Part shown: in pieces, positions 8,932 through 18,292 of the stretch
How positions within the stretch are numbered: position 1 is the first letter of the stretch
How the letters are laid out: the number at the start of each line of letters is the position of its first letter
Source: Myxococcota bacterium
GTDB taxonomy: Bacteria > Myxococcota_A > UBA796 > GCA-2862545
Assembly: GCA_039208735.1 (NCBI GenBank)
Contig: JBCCQY010000074.1
Coordinates: 1-41,123, forward strand
DNA: 41,123 bases
Reading direction: 5' to 3'
Position numbers and translations under genes: made by a program
The notes under the pieces: generated by a model
Seen by the model: the letters and a program-made list of their open reading frames with translations, nothing else
Told to the model about the DNA's origin: nothing
Databases searched by the model: none

Positions 8932-9033
8932 GCGTCTCTCCGACAAGCGAGTCCGGATGGGAGACGCTACCTCGACAATGGGCCCGGAAGCAATGGCCGT
9001 GCGGGTTTTCTCGCTATCGGCGGGAGACCGGGC

Positions 9034-11433
9034 TCAAGAGCAGAGAATCAATCGTGCGAGGGGTTCGGTCGGTCGAGGGGGCCAAAGTTCGAGGGGGCCG
9101 ATGGCGCATGGGCCTTGGCCCTTTCGAACCTGGTCGAGGTGATCGAACAGGCGCGGGACGAGACCAACGTCCCAGTGCTGCTCGTCGTGCGTCACGACGG
9201 CATTGGTGTGAGCCACCCGGATCCGCACCGACAGGCGGTTGCCCGTGAGGTGGACGTCCTTGCCGCGGAGGGCCGAGATCACAATGTCGATCTGATCGGG
9301 TCGAAGCTCGACGATCAGTCGATCGCCAATGGGTTCGACCTGAAGGAGGCCTTCGATCGTGCGCCGAGTGCGGCGAGCCACGGGTCGGGTGGGACGAGCC
9401 TGGTTCCGCGGAGGCCGCCAAGTGGTGATGGCTTCGGTGAGCCGGCCTTGTGCGAGGGCTTCGGTGGTTGAAACGAGGCGGCGATCCCCAAGTCCGGCGA
9501 GCCGCATCTCAAGGCGCAGCACGGCTTCGGCTTCTGGGGTCTCCCGCACGAGATTGGGCGCGAGCGGGTCTTCGCCTCGTAAGGGGGGCGCGTGGTCAAG
9601 CGAGGCGATGGGCCAAACGGCGAGGGTTCGATCTTTGCCGGCCACCACCACCTCGGAGGCCGAAAGCCAATCGGCGCTGGCCGCCGCATGGGGGCCGGTG
9701 AGAAAGCCGATGCATGCTCCGTCAGCCGTTGAACAGACGCGATTTGCGCAGAGGAAGCGCTGACTCGTGGGGTCGAACCGGATTCGCCCTGCAAATGCGG
9801 GACTCCGCCACACCAGGGTCCCCGTGGCGATTCGGAAGGCGACGGTGCCTTCGTGACGGTCCACCAGCAGGGCGAGCTTCTGGTCAGGGGTGACGTGCAA
9901 TGTGGCCCGCTCGGCCGGCCATCCGACGGTGGAGAACACCGGGCGCGTGGAGCCCGTTTCGGTCAGGGCCACCACTTCCGTGCCGGCCTGGACCCAAAAT
10001 TCGTGGCCGACCCACGTACCGTGGCCCACCGATCCCTGGTAGGCCCGCACGGTCTGGGTCTCGAAATCGACCAACACCACCGTTTCACCCGGCCAGTGAA
10101 ACGCCACCCGACGACCGCCGGCGTCGAGCTCGGGATGGAACTCGCGCACCCGTGGCCCATCCAGGACCACTTGGGCACGCTCCGCTCCGGTTCGGGCGTC
10201 GAGCTGTCGGGCCACGCGCCCATCCAGGTAGGCCACGGTGCGGCCATCGTCGGAGAGTGCCGTCGTGGTGGGCTGAAAGCGAACCTGAGTCAGGCCCAAG
10301 GGACGTTGCTCGGTCCACGTTTCGATGCCTTTGGTTCCGCCGATCACGATTTGACCCTTGTGGGCCACGACCTGCCCCGGGGCGGCAAGCTCCACCACCT
10401 CGAGGCGTGGTGCCCAGGTCACACCATCCCAGGTCCGTAGGAAGTCGCCCGTCGAGGTGACCAAGGTGCGCCAGTCGGGCGACCATTGGGGCTGGGCTCC
10501 ACGGGCCTCTGACGCGCGCACGATCTCCCCTTCTTGGGTCAGGGCTTCGAGGGAGCCTGGACTTGCCACCACCACTGTCGCCTCGGGACCTGCCGCGAGA
10601 TCGACCGGTCCGGGCGCGGTCACGTGCGCACCGAGGCAGTGAAGCGATTCGGCATCGAGCACGAGGATTCGTCCATCACGCCATGACGTCCACAGGCGAC
10701 CGTCGGTGGCAAGCAGGGCGTGAGGCACTCGGCTCGGTGAGGGCACCCGTGGGGTGGCGCGTCGATAGGTCTGCACGTCCTGGGTTTGGGGATGCCACAG
10801 CGCGATTCGACCGGGCATGGCCACCGCAACGCGCTGGCCCACCCATGCCACCGCGATGGCATAGCCCTCGGCACGTTCGAAGAGGGTCGTTCCGTCCCGT
10901 CCCGTCACGCCGACGGCTCCTCCCGCACTTCGCCACGCCACTCGTTCGGAGTCATCCGGGTGGACATGAAGTTCGAGGACAGGACTGCTCGGCCAGAGTC
11001 GTACGTCAGGCGCGTGGGGACTTGGGGTCCAACGTCCGAGCCACCCTCGGCCCGCGATCCAGAGCGGGCCTTGCTCCGTGGGGGCCAACGCGGTGATGCC
11101 CCGGAGCGGCCAAGCCGCCACCCGCTCCCGGGTGTGCACGTTCCACTGCGCCACCATGTCCCATCGGACGTCCCATTCGGTCGGGGTGCGGTGCTCGGCA
11201 AGCGACGAAGCCACCAGCACGTGATCGTTGTCGATGAAGTGGCGAGCCACTGCGCCTCGTTGCCACATGCGAGGCGTGGTCAGGGAACGAACGCCTACAG
11301 GCAGGTGGGTCGGCCACGGGTGAACCACGGCTTTGGGATCGTAGCGCAGGTCGTCCACGAGATCTCCAGCGGGGTCTGTTCGGTAGCGTGGCCTCGTCGC
11401 GGGTGAACCCCGCACGGATCGGACATGCGCCAA
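9034..11433 (-). CDS. Large WD40/YVTN-like beta-propeller protein (start uncertain)
   Basis: 799-aa ORF with propeller-like blades (WSPDWRTLVTS...LRTWD, ALSDDGRTVAY, VTPDQKLALL, AGKDRTLAVW). Confidence 0.65.
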   Translation of the reverse strand: MAHVRSVRGSPATRPRYRTDPAGDLVDDLRYDPKAVVHPWPTHLPVGVRSLTTPRMWQRGAVARHFIDNDHVLVASSLAEHRTPTEWDVRWDMVAQWNVHTRERVAAWPLRGITALAPTEQGPLWIAGRGWLGRWTPSPHAPDVRLWPSSPVLELHVHPDDSERVAWRSAGGAVGVTGRDGTTLFERAEGYAIAVAWVGQRVAVAMPGRIALWHPQTQDVQTYRRATPRVPSPSRVPHALLATDGRLWTSWRDGRILVLDAESLHCLGAHVTAPGPVDLAAGPEATVVVASPGSLEALTQEGEIVRASEARGAQPQWSPDWRTLVTSTGDFLRTWDGVTWAPRLEVVELAAPGQVVAHKGQIVIGGTKGIETWTEQRPLGLTQVRFQPTTTALSDDGRTVAYLDGRVARQLDARTGAERAQVVLDGPRVREFHPELDAGGRRVAFHWPGETVVLVDFETQTVRAYQGSVGHGTWVGHEFWVQAGTEVVALTETGSTRPVFSTVGWPAERATLHVTPDQKLALLVDRHEGTVAFRIATGTLVWRSPAFAGRIRFDPTSQRFLCANRVCSTADGACIGFLTGPHAAASADWLSASEVVVAGKDRTLAVWPIASLDHAPPLRGEDPLAPNLVRETPEAEAVLRLEMRLAGLGDRRLVSTTEALAQGRLTEAITTWRPPRNQARPTRPVARRTRRTIEGLLQVEPIGDRLIVELRPDQIDIVISALRGKDVHLTGNRLSVRIRVAHTNAVVTHDEQHWDVGLVPRLFDHLDQVRKGQGPCAIGPLELWPPRPTEPLARLILCS

Positions 11434-11459
11434 GTGATACCGTCGTTTGGGGAGGGGGG

Positions 11460-12173
11460 ATGGAACTCCTATGGATCGCCTCGTCGGGCGCGGTGGCCAT
11501 CGCAGGGGCGATCGTCGTTGCGATGATGCGTCAGCAACGTGTGAAACGCCATCTCGCGCAAGCGCCGGTCACCGCCTTTCATGTGGAGGCCTGGACCGTC
11601 GCTCGGCCCGCGCTCGGAACGTGGCCGGGACTTGGTCAAGTTGTGGCCTGGACCGCCCTTGTCGGTTTGGGTTTTCCCGCTTGGACGTTCTTTGCGTTGG
11701 CGGGCCTCGTGAGTTTGCAGGCGAACGGCTCGCTGACGGACGGTGACGTGGTGCTCGCCTGGGGCGTCATCGCGTTTTGGATGCCGTTTGCCGCCATGCT
11801 GTGGCTGCTCTTTCGCCGCGACGTGCGCTCGATCTACTGGGAGCGGCTTTCGGTCGGGCAACGAGGGCTCGTCCTCGACCGGGTTCGGCCTTTGGTCCAA
11901 CCGACTCCGACGGAGCTAAAAACCGCCGAAGCGTACACAGTGGATCACGAAATCCCTTGGCATGAAGTCGAGGGCGTGACCTGGGACGATGAGTTGGCAT
12001 GGATCGAAACCACGAACGGGGATGTGGCCTTTGGTCCCTTGCCCAAGCCGCTTGCCGAACGTGTGGAGGCCGAAATCGCCAAGCGCGTGGATACGCCCGA
12101 AGAGCGGGAGCCGGATGCGTCGATGAACCCCTTGATCGACGTCGTTCAGCGGTCACGCGCCGTCGAAACCTGA
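11460..12173 (+). CDS. Hypothetical membrane protein (3 TM plus PH-like C-terminal domain)
   Basis: ATG 11460 after GGAGG; three hydrophobic segments; C-terminal IPWHEVEGV typical of bacterial PH-like domains. Confidence 0.7.
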   Translation: MELLWIASSGAVAIAGAIVVAMMRQQRVKRHLAQAPVTAFHVEAWTVARPALGTWPGLGQVVAWTALVGLGFPAWTFFALAGLVSLQANGSLTDGDVVLAWGVIAFWMPFAAMLWLLFRRDVRSIYWERLSVGQRGLVLDRVRPLVQPTPTELKTAEAYTVDHEIPWHEVEGVTWDDELAWIETTNGDVAFGPLPKPLAERVEAEIAKRVDTPEEREPDASMNPLIDVVQRSRAVET

Positions 12174-12258
12174 CGTCCCGAAACTTCCAGAGGATCGCAC
12201 GGGGGTCCCAACGTCATGACAGGCTGTCAGCGTTGCCCTGATAAGCTAGGTTTCAAGG

Positions 12259-12275
12259 TTGGCATCCTGTTTGCT
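12259..12275 (+). promoter_or_regulatory. Sigma54 (-24/-12) promoter
   Basis: TTGGCATCCTGTTTGCT with exact GG-N10-GC spacing, about 23 nt upstream of the pseudopilin ATG. Confidence 0.75.
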
Positions 12276-12297
12276 AAGTGGCCGTTCGGAGGTCAAC

Positions 12298-12687
12298 ATG
12301 AACCGTTCTTCTCGTCGCTCACGTCGTCGTCAACGTGGCGTGAACCTACTCGAGGTCATGGTGGTGATTGCCATCATCGTGACGCTCACCGCCATCCTTG
12401 CGATGGGGGTGTTTCGAATGGGCCGCGAATCCCTGCATGATCTGTCATGGATGACGGTGAATCAGGTGGGCCGTGAAGTCGATCTGTACGAGTTTCGTCG
12501 CCGTCAGGCTCCCGAGGATCTTCGCCAGATCTACCGGGATGAACCGTTACCCCGGGATGCGTGGGGTACCGACATCGCCTACGAACCCGGGCGCAAGTGG
12601 GACGTCCTTTCCTTCGGAGAGGATCGTGCACCTGGCGGTGAAGGGCCGAACCGCGACCTTCGCTACTCTGAAAAGCGCCGCCCTTAA
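12298..12687 (+). CDS. GspG-like type II secretion pseudopilin (prepilin N-methylation motif)
   Basis: RQRG|VNLLEVMVVIAII; C-terminal DAWG..Y...DVLSFGEDRAPGGEGPNRDL matches the T2SS-G domain; GGAGG RBS. Confidence 0.85.
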   Translation: MNRSSRRSRRRQRGVNLLEVMVVIAIIVTLTAILAMGVFRMGRESLHDLSWMTVNQVGREVDLYEFRRRQAPEDLRQIYRDEPLPRDAWGTDIAYEPGRKWDVLSFGEDRAPGGEGPNRDLRYSEKRRP

Positions 12688-12713
12688 GGGCCTTCGCGAG
12701 GCACCACCCGTCT

Positions 12714-12733
12714 CCGAGCCCCCGAAGGCTCGG
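12714..12733. terminator. Hairpin between convergent genes
   Basis: CCGAGCC-cccgaa-GGCTCGG. Confidence 0.45.
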
Positions 12734-12756
12734 GGTTGAGTGACGCTATAGTCAAG

Positions 12757-13242
12757 TTACGGGGCGGGCTTCCTTGTCATGACATAGCGGCGCTCAACGG
12801 CCTCCTCGTCCAGGTTCCCGCGATGGGTCACCGTGAGTTCGTCGCCCTTCAGCGCATAGAGGACTTCGGTCGGGTACCCCGTTCCGTCCCTTCGGAAGTG
12901 CAGGGTGTTGTCGCCTGCGGCCACCAATTCAAGGATCGAAGACGACCGTTCGGCCTTGTTGCCCGCAAGCTGAACGCCGAGGGCCAGGCCTTTGTCGGGC
13001 ATCGTTGCCAGTCGCATGAGCAAGAGCTTGGGCTGTGCGCCCTCTCGGGCATCGTTGAACGAGCCATTGTAGTACTTGTCCCGGCTCGTCCAGCATTCCG
13101 ATGGGGATTCGCCTTCCTCGGTGCGCCAACACCCATCCAGGAACTTGGCCGCATCTGGGGTCACCTCGGCCAGCTCCGCTGCGCCTTCTGGCACGGCGTC
13201 TCCGGCGGGTCCAGACCCGCACGCTACCAGCATCCACCACAT
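12757..13242 (-). CDS. DUF6265-like (lipocalin-like) lipoprotein
   Basis: MWWMLVAC lipobox with AGGAGG RBS; FLDGCW...ECW...YPTEVLY...GDELTV pattern. Confidence 0.65.
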   Translation of the reverse strand: MWWMLVACGSGPAGDAVPEGAAELAEVTPDAAKFLDGCWRTEEGESPSECWTSRDKYYNGSFNDAREGAQPKLLLMRLATMPDKGLALGVQLAGNKAERSSSILELVAAGDNTLHFRRDGTGYPTEVLYALKGDELTVTHRGNLDEEAVERRYVMTRKPAP

Positions 13243-13293
13243 TCGCGTCCCTCCTGTCACGACGGGGCAGTCTACGATGGATGGGCGTCGCGG

Positions 13294-14115
13294 TCAGCCT
13301 CGGAACTCGGTGCCTCGTTCGACGAAACAAAGGGGGTTGCCAAACGGGTCGGTCGCGTAGAACGAGCGCTCCCCCCACGGCCGAACCTCGATGGACCCGC
13401 CACGTAGCGACCCTCCGGCCGCAACCAGCGCCTCCCGGACGGGCTCAAGCTTGGTCACGGCGAGGTAGGTGATTTCACGCAGTGGCTGCGCATCGAAATC
13501 GTCTCCGTCCGCACGCGGGTCGAAGCACGCGAGCACGACCCCATTGCAATCGAAGTAGACGCGGCCGGGGGATGCTTGTCGCCCTTCGAGGCCCAGTACC
13601 GTGGCGTAGAAGTGCCGTCCGGCGGCGAGGTTGGGGACGGGAATGATGACCCGGAACAGGGAGGGTGACGGTCCCCGGGTATAATGGGCTCGAAACACGG
13701 TCAACGGCGCCTGTCCCGGATGGCCGACGACGCTGGTGCTCGCCCATCGGTCCAGGGTCCGCAGATCGGCCACCATCTGCAGGTGTACGCCCTGATCGTC
13801 GACCCGATCGAGGGTGACGACTCGATCCGTGAGCTGGCCCGTGAAGGTGCGCGACGGCCCGTCATCTGGGATGAAGTCCATGAGCACCGGACCGTCTGGC
13901 ACGAAGCGGTAGACGCTGAGGCTCCGAAAGGTCACGGACCCAGACGCGGGCTCACTTGCGAACTGGGTGTAGCGGCAGAGCAGCGCATCACCCGAAAGCC
14001 CAAGGCTACACTCGATTTGGCCGATCGCATGGGTTTCACCGGCATCGCCTTGCAGCGTTTCTTCTCCGCGCCAGATGCCGACGGCCCGGCGCAGGAATTG
14101 GTCACGTTCATCCAT
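13294..14115 (-). CDS. Fusion of a DUF1579-like beta-barrel and a VOC/glyoxalase domain
   Basis: N-terminal VGIWRGEE. C-terminal LFRVIIPV..L..GRHFYATVLG and RPWGERSFYATDPFGNPLCF. Confidence 0.75.
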   Translation of the reverse strand: MDERDQFLRRAVGIWRGEETLQGDAGETHAIGQIECSLGLSGDALLCRYTQFASEPASGSVTFRSLSVYRFVPDGPVLMDFIPDDGPSRTFTGQLTDRVVTLDRVDDQGVHLQMVADLRTLDRWASTSVVGHPGQAPLTVFRAHYTRGPSPSLFRVIIPVPNLAAGRHFYATVLGLEGRQASPGRVYFDCNGVVLACFDPRADGDDFDAQPLREITYLAVTKLEPVREALVAAGGSLRGGSIEVRPWGERSFYATDPFGNPLCFVERGTEFRG

Positions 14116-14258
14116 TGATGGATTCTATCGAACGTTGGCATCGGGAATCGAGGGGCCGGGTCCCAGGTAGATCGATCGAATGATCACCTTGGGCCCGTCC
14201 ACGCGGATTGCACTGAGGTCATGGCTTGGAACCCGGGCTCCGTTGCGGACCCGCTAGA

Positions 14259-14525
14259 TTACGGCGCGCCCGTGTCGCTGGTGTCGCCCGTCTCGCCGGT
14301 TTCACCGGTTTCCATATCGGTATCGGTGTCGGAGTCCGTGTCGGAATCCGTATCGGTGTCGGAGTCCGTATCGGCGTCGGTGTCCGAATCGGTGTCGGCG
14401 TCCGTATCGGCGTCGGTGTCGGCGTCCACGTCCGCATCCGTATCGTGGTACTCGGTGTCGTCCTTGTCGTCGCTGCCGTCGATCACGAAGATGCAGGCCG
14501 TCAGCGCCCACCAGATTCCAGTCAT
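14259..14525 (-). CDS. Small acidic lipoprotein made mostly of Asp-Thr/Ala/Ser repeats
   Basis: [19 protein letters not shown] lipobox, then (DTD[AS])n and ETG repeats. Confidence 0.7.
   Translation of the reverse strand: MTGIWWALTACIFVIDGSDDKDDTEYHDTDADVDADTDADTDADTDSDTDADTDSDTDTDSDTDSDTDTDMETGETGETGDTSDTGAP
14315..14445. repeat. 6/18-bp coding tandem repeat (DTD repeats)
   Basis: Recurring tccgtatcggcgtcggtg / tcggtgtcggag units. Confidence 0.75.
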
Positions 14526-14707
14526 TGCGTCGTCCTCCAGACAGATACACCTGACGGACACCGCAGCGCCGGGCATGCGTCACTCGGCGGTCGAATCCTG
14601 ATTCAATTCTTTGAAGATGTCCTGATTAACCGGACAATAATCACGTGGCTTCCTCACTCGGCATGACCGTGTTGCACCGAATCGCATTCCGCCCGATTGG
14701 TGGGTCG

Positions 14708-15442
14708 TCACGACCAAGCAAGAACCGCGATCGTGAGGAACATCCCAGCGTTGATGCACACGTGACCGACCCAAGGTGCCACGAGTCCTCCTGAGCGCAC
14801 GCGAAGCAGTCCCATGAGCACCCCATACACCGTCGCGAGCGCCACTCCGGACACGCCCCGGGGGAACCCGTTGAGGTGGAGCAACCCAAACACTCCTGCT
14901 TGAACGGCGATGGCAGCGGGGGTGGAGAGGGCCAAGTCTTGACGAAGCACGTCGAGGAGTAGTCCTCGGAACAGGACTTCCTCGAGAGCGGCGTTCGTCA
15001 TGGCGAACACGAGGCCACCCACCAGGAGAATGGGCCACTGCCAGGCGGGAATGTAGCCCACGAGGTCGTCGAACGTGGGATCCACCCACCACCACCACGC
15101 CACCAACGCAAGGGCCGCCAAGGTTGTACAGGCCGTCGTCAATAGGGCTTCGGGCGCGCCGAACGCCCCCCGGGGCCACGTGGGCATCGACATCCCGGCC
15201 ATCTGCAACGCCCCCATGCCCACGCCAAAGCCCAACAGCAGACCGAGGACCCACGGCATGCCGGGTGCAACCACGCTCGTGAGGCTCGCCACGAGGCCCA
15301 CCACGGCAAGCAACAGGAGGCGAGCTTGGCGAGCGCGGAACGCCAGGCCGGCTGAACTTGCGAACCCAACTGCGCCAAGGGCAGGTGCGAACGGTAACGT
15401 CGACCACAACAGCACGCCCGACCACATCACGACGCCAACCAT
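14708..15442 (-). CDS. CPBP (CAAX protease/Abi-family) intramembrane metalloprotease
   Basis: EEVLFRG, FGLLH and final H motif (WVGHVCIN); multi-TM; ATG 15442 with GGAGG. Confidence 0.9.
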   Translation of the reverse strand: MVGVVMWSGVLLWSTLPFAPALGAVGFASSAGLAFRARQARLLLLAVVGLVASLTSVVAPGMPWVLGLLLGFGVGMGALQMAGMSMPTWPRGAFGAPEALLTTACTTLAALALVAWWWWVDPTFDDLVGYIPAWQWPILLVGGLVFAMTNAALEEVLFRGLLLDVLRQDLALSTPAAIAVQAGVFGLLHLNGFPRGVSGVALATVYGVLMGLLRVRSGGLVAPWVGHVCINAGMFLTIAVLAWS

Positions 15443-15453
15443 GGTGCCTCCGT

Positions 15454-15482
15454 TGAGCAATTGCTCATTGAGTGATTGCTCA
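15454..15482. promoter_or_regulatory. Tandem TetR-type operators
   Basis: Perfect palindrome TGAGCAATTGCTCA (15454-15467) and near copy TGAGTGATTGCTCA (15469-15482) between divergent CPBP and TetR genes. Confidence 0.75.
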
Positions 15483-15531
15483 TAAGTCTCTCCCGACTCG
15501 GAAGCAAACCTCGGCCGTGGTACATCACCGC

Positions 15532-16119
15532 GTGTCCGCCCTTCGAGAACGCATCCTCGACGCTACGGCCGACCTTCTGGCCACGTCGGGCTACGCTTCG
15601 GTCACCACGAACGCGATCGCCAAAGCGGCGGAGTGTTCCGTGGGCTCCGTCTACGTCTACTTTTCGGACAAGCACGCGGTGCTCGCGGCCCTTCTCGAAC
15701 GCTATGGGGAGCGGCTGCTTGCGACGGTCGCTCAACCCATTGGCACGTGGGATCCCCAGACCGGGTGGCGAGCGCTGGTGGTGGCGGTGGTGCAGGCCTT
15801 CGTGGACTTCTACGACGAGGAGCCTGGCTACCGCGCATTGTGGGTGGGCGCGCAGTTGCCCGAAAGTGCCTGGTCGGCCGGGCGTTCGTGGAGCGAGTCT
15901 GCGAAGGAGACCTTTGGGGCCGTGATCCAGCAGATTCGCCCTGATTTGGATGCCCTCACCACGCAAACGACGGTGGATGTGGCCATTCATGCGGTCACCG
16001 CCGTGGTGACGCGCGGGCTCGAGCGTGACGATCCCTCGGTCGTATCGGAGGCGACGCCGCTCGTGGTTCGCTACCTAGCCCCTTTACTGGATTCAAACTC
16101 CGAATCGGAGCCGTCGTAA
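15532..16119 (+). CDS. TetR/AcrR family regulator
   Basis: RERILDATADLL...VTTNAIAKAAECSVGSVYVYFSDK HTH; GTG start chosen, exact start uncertain. Confidence 0.92.
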   Translation: MSALRERILDATADLLATSGYASVTTNAIAKAAECSVGSVYVYFSDKHAVLAALLERYGERLLATVAQPIGTWDPQTGWRALVVAVVQAFVDFYDEEPGYRALWVGAQLPESAWSAGRSWSESAKETFGAVIQQIRPDLDALTTQTTVDVAIHAVTAVVTRGLERDDPSVVSEATPLVVRYLAPLLDSNSESEPS

Positions 16120-16141
16120 CGCCGGCACCCCGTGGCGCGTG
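16115..16141 (+). promoter_or_regulatory. Putative ECF41-type promoter
   Basis: CGTAACG-N16-CGTG resembles the ECF41 consensus TGTCACA-N16-CGTC and lies 20 nt before the operon start. Confidence 0.45.
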
Positions 16142-16161
16142 GATCGGGGTGGAGGTGTTGA

Positions 16162-17331
16162 ATGACGACCGATGTGGCGGTGATTGGCGGTGGCTTGGGG
16201 GGCCTGATGGCGGCGACGCTGGCCGCCCGGCATGGCCAGCGCGTGACGCTGTGGGAGCGAGCCTCGGTGCTGGGCGGCCGAGGTCGAACCACGGTCCAGG
16301 ACGGGTTCCACATGAACCTGGGGCCCCACGCGCTGTATGTCGCGGGGGACGCGAATCGACTGTTGACCGAGTTGGGCGTGCGGCCTGTGGGAGCGAAGCC
16401 GCGGTTGCCCGGATTGTCTACGTGGTCTCCAGCTGGAGCGACGCCCCAGGGCTACTGGCAGGTGGCTCGGATGCTGGCGGCGGCCCCGTTCTGGTCAACG
16501 GCGCAGTTTCGAGGGCAGACCGTCGATACGTGGTTGGCCGCGCGATTGACCGAACCCGGAGCGCTGCGGCTCGCCTGGGCGCTGCTTCGCACGGTGTCGT
16601 ACTGTGCGGACGGTGACGCGGATGCGGGTCGCATGGCCTTGCAGCTCCAACGGGCCGTCCACAACGTGCTCTACCTTGACGGAGGGTGGCAGCAGCTGGT
16701 GGATGGCCTGGAGAATGCGGCGCAGGTGGCGGGCGTCCAACTGTACCCTTCGGCTGCCGTCGAACGGGTCGAGCCGGGGGTGGTTTGGGTTGGGGGCCAG
16801 TCGATCGAGGCCAAATCTATCATCTTGGCCGTCTCTCCCACGGCTGCGGCGGCGCTCTTGCCCGAGTCGGTAGCCTTAGGGCAGTTGGCGAGCGAGGCGC
16901 GGCCCGTCTACGCGGCATGCCTCGACGTGGCGTTGTCGGAAGTCCCCCACCCGGCGCGCACGTTCGCCGCAGGCTTTGTGGACCCCACCTACCTTTCCGT
17001 GCATTCCGCGTCGGCCGATCTCGCACCTCCTGGAGGAGGACTCCTGCACGCCTTGTGGTACCGGCGCCATGGTGATGGTGGCGATCATCGGGATGCGCTG
17101 GAGCGGATGCTCGATGTGGAACAGCCCGGCTGGAGGGACGTCGTGGTGCATGCGCGCTACCTGCCCAAGATGGTGGTGGCGAACGACCGCATGCGGGCCG
17201 ACGCGTTTCCGAACCAGGTTCCGGATGTGCCGGGGGTGTGGGTGGTCGGAGACTGGGTGGGCGCGGAGGGTTGGCTGCTCGATGCGGTAGCGCAAAGCGC
17301 TCGAAAAGCGGCCAAGGCCGTGGGGCGGTGA
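16162..17331 (+). CDS. FAD-dependent oxidoreductase (phytoene dehydrogenase-like)
   Basis: VAVIGGGLGGL, ER...GGR, NLGPHALY, GGWQQLV and GDWVG motifs. Confidence 0.9.
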   Translation: MTTDVAVIGGGLGGLMAATLAARHGQRVTLWERASVLGGRGRTTVQDGFHMNLGPHALYVAGDANRLLTELGVRPVGAKPRLPGLSTWSPAGATPQGYWQVARMLAAAPFWSTAQFRGQTVDTWLAARLTEPGALRLAWALLRTVSYCADGDADAGRMALQLQRAVHNVLYLDGGWQQLVDGLENAAQVAGVQLYPSAAVERVEPGVVWVGGQSIEAKSIILAVSPTAAAALLPESVALGQLASEARPVYAACLDVALSEVPHPARTFAAGFVDPTYLSVHSASADLAPPGGGLLHALWYRRHGDGGDHRDALERMLDVEQPGWRDVVVHARYLPKMVVANDRMRADAFPNQVPDVPGVWVVGDWVGAEGWLLDAVAQSARKAAKAVGR

Positions 17332-18215
17332 AGGAACTCGACCAGGCGTATGTCGTCCATCGCCAACGGCTCTGGGGCGTGTGTTACCGCATGCTGGGGT
17401 CCGGCATCGATGCCGATGAGGTCGTCCAGGACACGTTCGTCCGGGCCGTCGAACATCGGCCGGGTGCCGATCGGTCGTTGTGGCCGTGGCTTGCCAAGGT
17501 CGCGGTCAACCTCGCGCGGGATCGACTGCGGCGTCGCCAACGTCGAACCTACGACGGGCCCTGGCTGCCATCGGTGGTCGCGACGGATGGGCTTCCCGGG
17601 TGGTTGCGAGGGGTCGAGTTAGGCCCAGGTCCTGAGGCTGCGGCAACGACGAGGAGCGAGGTCGACTATGCTTGGTTGGTCGCTCTCGAAGCGCTCACGC
17701 CCAACCAACGCGCGGTCCTCGTGCTGCGGCAGGTGCTGGACTTGTCGTCGGCCGAGACGGCCCAAGCATTAGGCCTTTCCGAAAGCAACGTCCGGATCAC
17801 GTTGCACCGAGCGCGCAAGGCCCTCGAAGCGGTGCCCACCCCGTCGATGGCGGACGATTCGATGACGCTGGTGCGTTTCGCCGAAGCATTGCGAACCGGT
17901 GATTTGGATGCGCTGCTGGCGGTGTTGGTGCCTCACGCCGAGGCGACGACCGACGCGGGAGGGGAGTACCATGCGGCTCGCCGCATCGTCGTGGGGGCCG
18001 CCGCCGTAGCTCGTCTGTACCTTGGTTTGTGGACCAAATCCCAGGTTTGGCGACCGTCTCCGCAGTTTCGACAACTCAACGCGAGGCCGGCCGTGACCCT
18101 GGACATGGCCGAGGCGGGGCCAGGGTTTGCCCCCCGTTCCGTCACGCTGTTCGACATTCGGGACGGACGCATTCATCGCACGTGGAGTGTTCTGGCGTCG
18201 GCCAAACTTGCGTGA
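17328..18215 (+). CDS. ECF41 (SigJ-like) sigma factor with SnoaL-like C-terminal extension
   Basis: YRMLGS..DADEVVQD, YDGPWLPS, region 4 (LTPNQRAVLVLRQ...LHRAR), TDAGG motif. GTG overlaps the upstream stop (GTGA). Confidence 0.9.
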   Translation: MKELDQAYVVHRQRLWGVCYRMLGSGIDADEVVQDTFVRAVEHRPGADRSLWPWLAKVAVNLARDRLRRRQRRTYDGPWLPSVVATDGLPGWLRGVELGPGPEAAATTRSEVDYAWLVALEALTPNQRAVLVLRQVLDLSSAETAQALGLSESNVRITLHRARKALEAVPTPSMADDSMTLVRFAEALRTGDLDALLAVLVPHAEATTDAGGEYHAARRIVVGAAAVARLYLGLWTKSQVWRPSPQFRQLNARPAVTLDMAEAGPGFAPRSVTLFDIRDGRIHRTWSVLASAKLA

Positions 18216-18292
18216 TCACCGCTGGCCTTCGGCGCTACGCGCCTGCAGGCCGACGCGGTTCAGCTTTCGTCGCTGACGCTCCTGCAAGCTGA

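Noticed and set aside
14315..14445. Tandem repeats as a possible CRISPR array
   Set aside because: No unique spacers, period is a multiple of 3, encodes DTD repeats, and no cas genes are present.
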